Notes under the pieces: model-generated
Databases searched by the model: none
Told to the model about the DNA's origin: nothing
What the model saw: the letters and a program-made list of their open reading frames with translations, nothing else
Assembly: GCA_963674705.1 (NCBI GenBank)
Contig: OY771506.1
Span: 3,392,001 to 3,456,000, forward strand
From: Phycisphaeraceae bacterium
GTDB lineage: Bacteria > Planctomycetota > Phycisphaerae > Phycisphaerales > Phycisphaeraceae
Direction: 5' to 3'
Length of the DNA: 64,000 nucleotides
Shown: positions 45,603 to 54,991 of the stretch, piece after piece
Layout of the letters: each line of letters begins with the position of its first letter
Position numbering within the stretch: the stretch's first letter is position 1
Translations under genes and position numbers: made by a program

Positions 45603-47573
45603 ATGCTCAACAACACGCTTCAACGTATCAAGTCAATGTGGAACGACAGCGAATCACAGCACGATTCCACCCCGCAGCAGATGCAGGAACTTGAGCCTCG
45701 GATGTTGCTCAGCGCGACAACGCTCGGCGCCATACCGGAGGTCTATATCAGCGCTTCGGGTGGCACCACTTCCGTCAACCTGAACGACTACTTCGACGAC
45801 GATGAGATTTCCGGAACACTCGTCCGTTTTACAACCGTTTACTACGACGCTAACAATGATCCGGTCTACGGCACGATCGACCTGGAGCTATTCGACGACG
45901 ATACGCCTGTCACAGTAGAGAACTTCCTTAGTTACCTGGACAGCGGCGCATATGACGACACATTTTTCCACCGTTCGGTACGTATCGGACAGACCGAGCC
46001 GGGTAGCAGTTCTGCCAGTGGTATCGATATCCTGCAGGGGGGCGGTTTCCGCTATGAATCTCCCGCGACTTACGAATTCATTGCTACCGGTGCAACACCG
46101 ATATTGAATGAATCTGGGATTTCCAACACGCGCGGCACTATCGCCATGGCCCGTACAAGCGACCCGGATTCCGCTACAAGCCAATGGTTCTTCAATTTAG
46201 ATGACGCCAATACCTCATTGGATGGCGATTCGTCTTCAGGCTACGCAGTCTTCGGACGAGTCCTCGGTGACGGTATGGATGTCATTGATGACCTTGCCTC
46301 AATCCCCATCTGGAATGCCCAGTCAATCAACTCCGCCTTTGGCAGCTTGCCTCTGAGCAACTTTGCCAATGAGTATTACCCCGACGAACATGACCTGGTT
46401 ACCGTCGAATCGGTAGAACGTCTTGAATCAGAACTCACCTACAGCATCGCCAGCAGGTCTGACCCGACTCGCATCGCCGCAACGATTGACGATGCCGGCG
46501 TCGTGACGATCTTCACGATCGGCACCAGCATCCCCGAGACGGTCACGATCACGATTGAAGCCACTGACTATGACGGTAACACCGTTCAGTCGACGATTAC
46601 CGTCAACATCGGAGCTGCCCAGAACAGCCTCGATAGCAACCGCCTGGCCGATATCATGTGGCGCAACTTCTCCTCGGGCAAGAACACCCTGTATGACATG
46701 CGAGGTTTCAATCTTGACACGGTTGTCAGCCTTGATGACGTGGCTAGCAACACCTTCTACATCGCCGCTATCGGTGATATGAACCAGGACGGTGAGAACG
46801 ACATCATCTGGCGCAATGCTTACGACGGTCGTAACGTTGTCTGGTTGATGGAGGGAACGGACATCTCAGAAGTTGTGGAACTGCAAACCCTCACGAACCG
46901 CAAGTGGATCATTGCCGGCGCCGGTGACTTCGATAATGACGGCAATACCGACCTGCTCTGGCGTAATTCGAATACCGGCAAAAATGTTGTCTGGTTGATG
47001 GATGGCACTGCCAATGTCGATTCGATGTCACTGGATAAAGTAGCTGATACAAATTGGTACATCGGCGGTGTCGGCGACTTCGATCGCGATGGCGCAACGG
47101 ATATCGTTTGGCGTAACGACGTTACGGGCCAGAACAAGATCTGGTTGTTGAATGCCGAAGACGGCTCCCTGAAAGAATCTGTCGCCGTGATTACCGAATC
47201 CAACACCAGTTGGGTGATGTCAGGCGTAGGCGACTATAACGCCGACAACCAGCCGGATATCCTGTGGCGCAATGTGAACAATGGCAGCGTGATGATATGG
47301 GTGATGGACGGCACATCTTACAGGGTCGCTCGCAAGGGGATCGCCAAGGTGCGTAACCAGGACTGGCAGTTGCCCGGCCGGACATCGCAACTCAAGGCCG
47401 AAGCACAAGCCCTGGCGAAGATCGAGCGCATCAAACGCCTTACCTCAAAATCAGTTGCAGCAACCACAGCAACGTTGGCGGCGGTGCAAATGTCACAGCA
47501 GACCGAATCGGTCCTCAGCATGGTCGAACCGATTATCACACTTGATGATGGCGAAGACGCTGACCTGTTGTAA
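45603..47573 (+). CDS. LEPRxLL-motif protein with cyclophilin-type PPIase domain and FG-GAP/VCBS-like repeats
   Basis: ELEPRMLLS; TVENFL, FFHR, QGGG, GTIAMAR, SATSQWFFN, YAVFGRV; repeats of GDFDxDGxxDIxWRN. Confidence 0.9.
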   Translation: MLNNTLQRIKSMWNDSESQHDSTPQQMQELEPRMLLSATTLGAIPEVYISASGGTTSVNLNDYFDDDEISGTLVRFTTVYYDANNDPVYGTIDLELFDDDTPVTVENFLSYLDSGAYDDTFFHRSVRIGQTEPGSSSASGIDILQGGGFRYESPATYEFIATGATPILNESGISNTRGTIAMARTSDPDSATSQWFFNLDDANTSLDGDSSSGYAVFGRVLGDGMDVIDDLASIPIWNAQSINSAFGSLPLSNFANEYYPDEHDLVTVESVERLESELTYSIASRSDPTRIAATIDDAGVVTIFTIGTSIPETVTITIEATDYDGNTVQSTITVNIGAAQNSLDSNRLADIMWRNFSSGKNTLYDMRGFNLDTVVSLDDVASNTFYIAAIGDMNQDGENDIIWRNAYDGRNVVWLMEGTDISEVVELQTLTNRKWIIAGAGDFDNDGNTDLLWRNSNTGKNVVWLMDGTANVDSMSLDKVADTNWYIGGVGDFDRDGATDIVWRNDVTGQNKIWLLNAEDGSLKESVAVITESNTSWVMSGVGDYNADNQPDILWRNVNNGSVMIWVMDGTSYRVARKGIAKVRNQDWQLPGRTSQLKAEAQALAKIERIKRLTSKSVAATTATLAAVQMSQQTESVLSMVEPIITLDDGEDADLL

Positions 47574-47594
47574 TATGCCGACAATCAATCCAAC

Positions 47595-47632
47595 AATAAA
47601 CCGGGTGGCGTTTAGCCACTCGGTTTTTATTT
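47595..47632. terminator. Bidirectional intrinsic terminator
   Basis: AAACCGGGTGGC/GCCACTCGGTTT stem with A/T tracts on both sides, between convergent genes. Confidence 0.8.
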
Positions 47633-47647
47633 GTTATCTGCAACAGG

Positions 47648-47989
47648 TCAAGCAGGGCGGCGGTATCTCCGTCGAATCATCGATGTTTCCAAGAGTAGCG
47701 CCGAACCGAGTGTCCACATCGCAACGACCCCGAGGATCACAGCCATGCGCTTCCAAGACGCACCGTCTTCCATCCGCTGCATAGCTGTGGCAATCAGTGT
47801 GCGTATCCATTCAAGCGCCCCGATTACAAGCACAGCCTGCACCAGCCGCACCGCCCAACGCCTGCGGATAAACAAACTGCACGGCAGCGCCAATGAGATA
47901 GCAACTAATATCAGATTGTTATGACGCAAGAAGTGCGCCGCCAGCAACAGGCAACTCAGTACCGCCGGGATGAGCAGGATAATCCACAT
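47648..47989 (-). CDS. Hypothetical membrane protein
   Basis: Four hydrophobic segments; LLAAHFLR motif. Confidence 0.8.
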   Translation of the reverse strand: MWIILLIPAVLSCLLLAAHFLRHNNLILVAISLALPCSLFIRRRWAVRLVQAVLVIGALEWIRTLIATAMQRMEDGASWKRMAVILGVVAMWTLGSALLLETSMIRRRYRRPA

Positions 47990-48012
47990 GGTTAGCGGCG
48001 ATGTGTTAGCCG

Positions 48013-49401
48013 TTAAAGCACAAACTTGCTCAGGTCCTTATCATCAGCAATCGCCTGGACCTGCTCAAGCACATACGCCTCGTTGATTGTGACAGTCTTC
48101 TCGCCTCGCGCCGCCATCTCGGGGGCGTCGAAGTTCACTTGCTCAAACACTTTTTCAACAATCGTCATCAGACGGCGTGCGCCGATGTTTTCAAGCGTGG
48201 CATTTGCCTTGGCGGCAAGTTGCGCCATGGCCCTGATGCCGGCCTCTTCAAACACGACCTCCAACCCTTCCACCTCCAGCAACGCTTGCTGCTGCTTGGT
48301 CAACGCGTTGCCCGGTTCCGTGAGGATGCGAACGAAGTCTTCCTCGCCCAAAGCATTCAACTCAACGCGGATCGGAAATCGTCCTTGAAGTTCGGGCATC
48401 AGATCGCTGACATCCGCAGCATGGAAAGCACCGGCCGCGATGAAGAGGATATGATCCGTCTTCACCACGCCGAAGCGAGTCGTCACGCTCGTACCTTCAA
48501 CGATCGGCAGCAGGTCGCGTTGCACACCTTGGCGTGATACATCCGGTGAACCGCCGCCACCCGAGCCGGACTTCCCGCCGGAAACCGCGATCTTATCGAT
48601 CTCGTCAAGAAAGATGATCCCGCCATCCTGCGTGCGCTGAATCGCTTCGGTGGTCACCTTGTCTTCATCCAACAGCTTATCTGTTTCCTGGTCGATCAGG
48701 ACCTGGCGCGCCTGCGCAACCGTCATCTTTTTTCGGCTGTCCTTGCTCGGGATCATCCGTTCAAGCATGTCCGACATCTGCGGGTCCATCTGGTCGATGC
48801 CCATGTTGGCGAACATGACCGATGTATGAGGTTTCTGAGTAATCGTTAACTCGACTTCTTTATCATCGAGTTGGCCGGTATCAAGTTGCTCACGTAACTT
48901 CTTTCTGACATGTTCTCGCCGCTCGGTGGAGCTTTCAGTGCTGACATAACCAACCGTCCCGCCTGCGGGAGGGGATGGTTCACTGGAACCGGGATATAAA
49001 AGATTCACCAGTCGATCATTTGCTGCTTCCTTGGCTTTTCCCGCCACGTGCACAGCCTGTTCGTTACGCACCATCGATATCGCCTGGTCCAGAAGGTCAC
49101 GGATCATGGATTCCACATCTCGGCCGTGATAGCCCACTTCCGTGAACTTGCTCGCTTCCACCTTGACGAACGGAGCGTCTGCCAGCTTGGCAAGTCTGCG
49201 AGCAATTTCCGTCTTACCCACACCGGTGGGCCCGCTCATAATAATGTTCTTGGGATAGACCTCGGAAGCCATATCCCCGGTCAACTGCCGGCGACGCCAA
49301 CGGTTGCGGATGGCGACCGCCACGGCCCGCTTTGCCTGGTCCTGGCCGATAACGTACTGATCGAGCTGTTCAACAACTTGTCGGGGGGTAAGGTTATCCA
49401 T
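48013..49401 (-). CDS. hslU: ATP-dependent protease ATPase subunit HslU
   Basis: GPTGVGKTEIARRLA, EASKFTEVGY, DEIDKI, GVQRDLLP, PELQGRFPIRV, ENIGARRL. Confidence 0.97.
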   Translation of the reverse strand: MDNLTPRQVVEQLDQYVIGQDQAKRAVAVAIRNRWRRRQLTGDMASEVYPKNIIMSGPTGVGKTEIARRLAKLADAPFVKVEASKFTEVGYHGRDVESMIRDLLDQAISMVRNEQAVHVAGKAKEAANDRLVNLLYPGSSEPSPPAGGTVGYVSTESSTERREHVRKKLREQLDTGQLDDKEVELTITQKPHTSVMFANMGIDQMDPQMSDMLERMIPSKDSRKKMTVAQARQVLIDQETDKLLDEDKVTTEAIQRTQDGGIIFLDEIDKIAVSGGKSGSGGGGSPDVSRQGVQRDLLPIVEGTSVTTRFGVVKTDHILFIAAGAFHAADVSDLMPELQGRFPIRVELNALGEEDFVRILTEPGNALTKQQQALLEVEGLEVVFEEAGIRAMAQLAAKANATLENIGARRLMTIVEKVFEQVNFDAPEMAARGEKTVTINEAYVLEQVQAIADDKDLSKFVL

Positions 49402-49662
49402 GAACCGCATATCCTAACCGCTGACAAAATCGGTGCTAGCAAGCCCATCCGATAAACAGTTCGGTTTGTCCTGTCTGGGCGGTCTGCAAGGCCCGGATAA
49501 CGCGGGTAAGAGCTAAACAAGGCCCCGCTTTCAGACGATTGACATCATAGTTGATGTACCAAGCCCGGCGCTGCGGGTGCGTCCGTTCAGATGTATGACG
49601 GCGACCGCAGACGGGATTCCGCTGTGGCCCCTTAACACAGGGCCTGGAGGCGAGTTGGACGC

Positions 49663-50802
49663 ATGGCACTGGGCTTTACCAAACCGAAGTACTCACCGAT
49701 TGCGATTGACTTTGGCGCTGACACGCTGAAGCTATTGCAGGTAACACTGGGCGATCCGCCTCAACTGGTCGCGAGCGCCTGCCGTGTGATCCCGGAACTC
49801 TATCGCGACGAGTCGGCCGGACGCACGACTTATATCGCCGATGCGCTGCGCGACCTGCTCAAGTCTCAACCCTTCAAGGGCCGCCGCGCTATCTGCTCGA
49901 TCCCTGCGTATCAAACGCTTATTCAACAACTCGAACTCGACAAGACCGATGACAGCGAATTCGAACAGCAGGTCGGCCTGCACCTTGTCCAGCGTTTCGA
50001 TGTAGATCCTTCCCGCATGGTCGTGCGCAGCCATAAGGTCGGCAAGATCATCCGCAACGGTCTGACCAAGCACCAGGTCGTCTGCATCGCAGCGCGGCGC
50101 GACGCGGTCATGAAAATCATTGAGCTGGCCAACCGCTGCAAACTCGAAGTCGTGGGTATGCACAGCGAACCCATGGCCATCGTCAAAGCACACAAATATC
50201 TCTCCGGCAATCAAAACGGAAGCAGGACGATTTGCTACGTCGATATCGGTGCGGGTTTGACGAAAGTAATCGTCGCACACGGTAACGATCTGGCGTTTGC
50301 TAAGGTCATACACGCGGCGGGCAATCAACTCACGCGCGAACTGGCTCAGATGCGGGGTATCGGATTCGATGATGCCCGGAAACTACGTGCCCGCACAGCA
50401 GTCCACCATTCCGGTGAGTCACACGCCGCGATTGGTGCACTCGGTAGCATTGGTCAATTATCCGCTGCTGCAACCGAACCGATCTCCGATGATGAATCAC
50501 CCGACGCCAGTGAAACCATTGAATCCCTGATCGATGACCTGCGTCTATCGCTGCGTTACTACCACAGCACGTTCCCGGATAAGCCCATCAACCAACTGAT
50601 CTTCCTGGGTGGCGAATCCCAGGACGTGCGGATGTGTCAGACAGTCGCAAAGTCGGTTTCCATTGCGGCGAAGCTGGGAGACCCATTTGCAGGGGTAGAC
50701 ACGCTTGAGAATCAGGATGCCGCCGGCGGCATCGAACCATACAAACCTATGCCCGGTTGGGCGGTACCGCTCGGACTGTGCTTTAGCGACGCAAACCTGT
50801 AA
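49663..50802 (+). CDS. pilM: Type IV pilus assembly protein PilM
   Basis: Actin-like fold motifs IAIDFG, VDIGAG, LGG; GGAGG SD; followed by pilN/pilO. Confidence 0.85.
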   Translation: MALGFTKPKYSPIAIDFGADTLKLLQVTLGDPPQLVASACRVIPELYRDESAGRTTYIADALRDLLKSQPFKGRRAICSIPAYQTLIQQLELDKTDDSEFEQQVGLHLVQRFDVDPSRMVVRSHKVGKIIRNGLTKHQVVCIAARRDAVMKIIELANRCKLEVVGMHSEPMAIVKAHKYLSGNQNGSRTICYVDIGAGLTKVIVAHGNDLAFAKVIHAAGNQLTRELAQMRGIGFDDARKLRARTAVHHSGESHAAIGALGSIGQLSAAATEPISDDESPDASETIESLIDDLRLSLRYYHSTFPDKPINQLIFLGGESQDVRMCQTVAKSVSIAAKLGDPFAGVDTLENQDAAGGIEPYKPMPGWAVPLGLCFSDANL

Positions 50803-50855
50803 GCATCAATGTGCCGTCATGAATGCGACGGATCACACGACGTGTGGAGAATACC

Positions 50856-51653
50856 ATGGCTAGAAATCAGAGCTTCCTCCCCGAGGATTACTTACAGCGA
50901 AAGGTCGCGATACGGACCAATGCCATCTGCATAACACTTTTCATGCTGGAGTTGCTCTGCGTGATCGGTGTTCCTGTGGTCATGGGTCGGCAGCGCGAAG
51001 AAGTCCGCCAGCAACAGGCCGCGGTTGACGAGAAGTACCGTGAAGCCGCCCTGCGCATCGACCAACTCGAGCAGCTCCAGAAAGACAAGAAGCTGATGAT
51101 GCAGCGCCGCAAGGTCGCCGAGGTCCTCGTTGAGAAGGTCCCACGCAGCGTCATCCTGGCCGAGTTGACCAATCAGATGCCCTCCACGCTGAGTCTGCTC
51201 GAGTTCGAAATGGAGACGAACGTGCTCAAGACAGCGCCTCGTCCCCTGACCGCAATCCAGCGTGAAGCTAAGAAGAACCAGCAGAAGCGTGAAAAACTGG
51301 AAGAATCGGATGCTCCCAAGGTCCAGCCGACCGAGGTAGCTCTTAACCTGATCGGTGTCGCGCCTACCGACCTGGAAGTGTCACAATTCCTGGCGAACCT
51401 TAATCAGCATGCCCTGTTTGAGAACATCTTCCTCCGTTACAGCGAAGGCACAATGATCCAGGATCGCGAGATGCGTAAGTTCGAGGTCGAGCTGACGCTG
51501 AATCAGAATGTCTCACCGAACCGTCTGCACGCCCAGGTGGACCTGCCGATGGACCCGATGGGTGATACGATCCAAATCAACGAACAAGGCGAACGTGTAC
51601 TGAACGACCCGAAGGTGTCGCCGGTATCGAACCTGCCAAAGGATAAGGAGTAA
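50856..51653 (+). CDS. pilN: PilN-domain protein
   Basis: N-terminal SFLPEDY (INLLP equivalent), TM, coiled coil, periplasmic domain. Confidence 0.8.
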   Translation: MARNQSFLPEDYLQRKVAIRTNAICITLFMLELLCVIGVPVVMGRQREEVRQQQAAVDEKYREAALRIDQLEQLQKDKKLMMQRRKVAEVLVEKVPRSVILAELTNQMPSTLSLLEFEMETNVLKTAPRPLTAIQREAKKNQQKREKLEESDAPKVQPTEVALNLIGVAPTDLEVSQFLANLNQHALFENIFLRYSEGTMIQDREMRKFEVELTLNQNVSPNRLHAQVDLPMDPMGDTIQINEQGERVLNDPKVSPVSNLPKDKE

Positions 51654-51658
51654 CCACG

Positions 51659-52216
51659 ATGCGTTTCGGACCACGAGAAGCCGTGTTCATTCTGCTGCTG
51701 CTGGCCCTGCCCGTAGCGATGTACTTCTTCGTCATCAAGCGTGGCGCGATCGAGATCGCCGAGGCACGCAAGGAGATCGCCGCCAAGGAAGCGAAACTCG
51801 ATGAACTGGAAACAGCTCTAAAGAACATCGATGACCTTGGCAGTGAGATCGACAGGTTGCGTGAAGCCATCACGCTTGTTGAACAGAAGCTGCCCGCTCA
51901 GCGCGATGTCGAGACTGTCCTGCGCGATGTCTGGCGTCTTGCGGCTGAAAACAAGTTGACGCCCAAGAGCGTCCGTACAGACAAGATCGTCGACTCCGGC
52001 CAATACGCCGAGCTGCCGATCAAGATGACGATCGTCGGGGATTTTGCGGGTTTCTACACCTTCCTCCAGGAACTGGAGAAACTGCCACGAATCACCCGCA
52101 CACCCCAGATGAAACTCGAAAAAGACCAGAAGGGCGATGGTGTGATGGAAGCCGAGATGATCCTGAGCATCTACTTTGAGGGTAATAAGAGCCAAGCCAG
52201 CGCCAAAGCAGGCTAA
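51659..52216 (+). CDS. pilO: Type IV pilus assembly protein PilO
   Basis: TM, coiled coil, KLP, YAELPIKMTIVGDF...LEKLPRI. Confidence 0.88.
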   Translation: MRFGPREAVFILLLLALPVAMYFFVIKRGAIEIAEARKEIAAKEAKLDELETALKNIDDLGSEIDRLREAITLVEQKLPAQRDVETVLRDVWRLAAENKLTPKSVRTDKIVDSGQYAELPIKMTIVGDFAGFYTFLQELEKLPRITRTPQMKLEKDQKGDGVMEAEMILSIYFEGNKSQASAKAG

Positions 52217-52234
52217 ACGATAGGGAGATATCGC

Positions 52235-52960
52235 ATGAGCGATTTTCAGGAAGAACAGAACGCACTGATCCCCAACGAGATTGACGACGATGATGCGGTG
52301 TCCATGACGCTCAGCAGCATCGGGCGCGGTGACGCTGAGTTGGATAACCTGGATGTCGGATCAGATTCCGGCGGCGGCGGTCTGCTGTCCAACACCACGC
52401 TGATCATCGTGGTTGTGGCGGTGGTTGCGGCCGGCAGCCTCTATCTGATGCGCGCCACGCAAACCAGCCTCACCGGAGGCCAGGAAGTCAGCGATATTGA
52501 AACCAAGATCGCAACAACTCTGGCTAGGCTCAATTCGCCCACGCTGCTGGAAGAAGGCGACCCGCTCAAGGCTGAAAACCTTAGCGCGCTGCTGACGCCC
52601 ACCGAGGACGTCACCGCCATCTTCGAACATGACGTACGCGATCAGCAGGTCCCGATCGAGCAGGTCAAGAAAGACCCGTTCTCGCTGGCGATGGGTGACA
52701 ACACGCTCGAGGCCACACAGGTCAATAACGCCGCCGAACAACTCGACAAGCAGTTGGAGAAGTACCGCAACGAAGTCGGCCGGCTCGACCTGCAATCCAT
52801 CATGGTTGGCTCAAAGAACATTGCCGTCATCGGCGGTGAGTTTTATAAACAGGGTGATCATGTCGGTAGCTTCAGAATTACCGGCATCGATAAGTTTACC
52901 GTCTACCTCGAAGCCAGCGGCGCTCCCTTCGAGCTGAAACTTGACCAGGCAGGACGTTAA
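52235..52960 (+). CDS. Bitopic membrane protein with PilP/GspB-like C-terminal domain
   Basis: Acidic N-terminus, one TM, KDPF motif, LQSIM...AVIGG...GDHVG; positioned after pilO. Confidence 0.65.
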   Translation: MSDFQEEQNALIPNEIDDDDAVSMTLSSIGRGDAELDNLDVGSDSGGGGLLSNTTLIIVVVAVVAAGSLYLMRATQTSLTGGQEVSDIETKIATTLARLNSPTLLEEGDPLKAENLSALLTPTEDVTAIFEHDVRDQQVPIEQVKKDPFSLAMGDNTLEATQVNNAAEQLDKQLEKYRNEVGRLDLQSIMVGSKNIAVIGGEFYKQGDHVGSFRITGIDKFTVYLEASGAPFELKLDQAGR

Positions 52961-53017
52961 CAACAACGGATTAATCGATCGCAACGATAACCTCACGGGT
53001 ACTCAAAAGGGCACGCG

Positions 53018-54829
53018 ATGATGTACGACAACGCTAATGACCAGAACGAAAACTGGTCCGCGATCCCACAATCCGTGGCGTCGACTAATCTCTATACGCC
53101 CGACGGTCAGGAGGAACAGACCTCACTTGCCCAGGACCTTGGACACGTTCTGCTTAGTGAAAAAGCGATCGATGGAGAACAACTGACCAGCGCACGGTCT
53201 GTGCTTGAAAAGTCTCCCGGTAAACGTCTTGCCGACGTCTTCCTGGAGATGGGCGTTAACGAGGCCGACGTTCAGAAAGCGCGTGCGAAGATCACCGGCG
53301 TGAAGTTTATGCACCTTGAAGAGGGGGATGTCGTCGCCGATCGCCAGATCAGCCGACTAGGCTATGACTTCTGCCAGGCGCATGGCGTGCTGCCGATCCG
53401 TAAGGACGGACCTCGGTTGATCCTGGGTGTGGTCGATCCCGACCACCTGCCCATCATCGATGAGATCCGCCACAAGTTGAATATGCCTATCCGGACAGTG
53501 ATTATCTGCCCCGGCGAACTTGGACAGTACATCGAGATGTCCAAGGAGATGGCTAACGAGGCTCAAGAAGAAAACACAGTCGATGAGATCATCGCCGGCA
53601 TCGAGGAAGACGACGTCGAGGTCGTCCAGTCCAAAGACGAGGAGATGGACCTTGAAAAGATGGCCGGCGAAAGCCCGGTCATCCGTTTCGTGAACTACCT
53701 GATCTTCAACGCCGTCAAAGAAGGCGCGTCCGACATCCACATCGAGCCGATGGAGAAAAAGCTCCAGATCCGCTACCGCATCGATGGCGTGATGTTCGAC
53801 TCCATGAGCCCGCCCAATCACATGAAGGCGGCCATCGTCTCGCGTATCAAGATCATGGCCAACCTCGATATCTCCGAGCGGCGTCTGCCACAAGACGGCC
53901 GCATCCGCGCGATGGTTCACGGCCGCAAACTCGACCTGCGTGTCTCCACCCTCCCCATGGTGCAGGGCGAGAAGGTCGTTATGCGTATCCTTGATACCCG
54001 TTCGATCCAGGTCGACCTGAACGATCTTGGTATGGATGAAGATACGCTTCTGATGTGGCGGCACCAGATCGATCAGCCGCACGGCATCGTGCTTGTCACC
54101 GGTCCGACCGGTTCCGGTAAAACGACCACGCTGTATGCCTCACTCGGCAAGATGGATCGTAGCAAGCTTAATATCTCGACCGCTGAAGACCCCGTTGAAT
54201 ATCACCTTAATGGGATTAACCAGACACAGATCCACGAGAAGATCGGCATGACCTTTGCGTCGGCCCTTCGCGCCCTGCTGCGTCAGGACCCGGACGTGAT
54301 CATGGTCGGTGAAATCCGCGACACCGAAACGGCTAAGATCGCCATCCAGGCATCGCTGACAGGGCACCTCGTGCTTTCCACCTTGCACACCAACGACGCA
54401 CCCAGCAGCGTGACACGTCTGATCAATATCGGTGTCGAGCCGTACCTGATCGGTAGCGCCGTAAACGCTACGTTGGCCCAGCGTCTTGTCCGTAAGATTT
54501 GTGAGCATTGCAAAACCATGGTTAAACCCGCAGGCGACCTCGCCGACCACCTCGCGATGCACGGCATCAACGCGACGGAAGTCGCCAAGGGCGAGGGCTG
54601 CGACAGATGCCGCAACTCCGGCTATTCGGGTCGACTCGGCCTCTACGAACTGCTCGTTCTCGACGACAACATGCGCGACAAGATCGCCGGCAACCCGAAC
54701 GTCACCGAGTTCCGGCGTATGTGCGTCGAGCGAGGCATGGTCACCCTGCGTGAGGACGGTTTCAAAAAGGTCGCCGCCGGCCTGACCACCGTCGACGAAA
54801 TCCTCCGCGTCACCGAAAGCACGATCTGA
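53018..54829 (+). CDS. GspE/PilB-family secretion/pilus assembly ATPase
   Basis: ASDIHIEP, PQDGRI, GPTGSGKTTTLY, EDPVEY, LRQDPDVIMVGEIRD, TGHLVLSTLHTN, two CxxC. Confidence 0.95.
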   Translation: MMYDNANDQNENWSAIPQSVASTNLYTPDGQEEQTSLAQDLGHVLLSEKAIDGEQLTSARSVLEKSPGKRLADVFLEMGVNEADVQKARAKITGVKFMHLEEGDVVADRQISRLGYDFCQAHGVLPIRKDGPRLILGVVDPDHLPIIDEIRHKLNMPIRTVIICPGELGQYIEMSKEMANEAQEENTVDEIIAGIEEDDVEVVQSKDEEMDLEKMAGESPVIRFVNYLIFNAVKEGASDIHIEPMEKKLQIRYRIDGVMFDSMSPPNHMKAAIVSRIKIMANLDISERRLPQDGRIRAMVHGRKLDLRVSTLPMVQGEKVVMRILDTRSIQVDLNDLGMDEDTLLMWRHQIDQPHGIVLVTGPTGSGKTTTLYASLGKMDRSKLNISTAEDPVEYHLNGINQTQIHEKIGMTFASALRALLRQDPDVIMVGEIRDTETAKIAIQASLTGHLVLSTLHTNDAPSSVTRLINIGVEPYLIGSAVNATLAQRLVRKICEHCKTMVKPAGDLADHLAMHGINATEVAKGEGCDRCRNSGYSGRLGLYELLVLDDNMRDKIAGNPNVTEFRRMCVERGMVTLREDGFKKVAAGLTTVDEILRVTESTI

Positions 54830-54991
54830 CCAAACAGTTTGATGAATACTGATTTACCTGTTTAGCGACGCAGCATGCTGGGATGGGGCCACAAGTGGCC
54901 TCGCTTAACGGTATGAGATTCACTTGCCCATCCAACTCCTGATACCATACGGCAATCTACATTGCACCTTGGATTCACGGAGTATCTGCTG

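Noticed and set aside
46640..47370. DNA-level repeat array in the cyclophilin gene
   Set aside because: Explained by in-frame FG-GAP-like protein repeats
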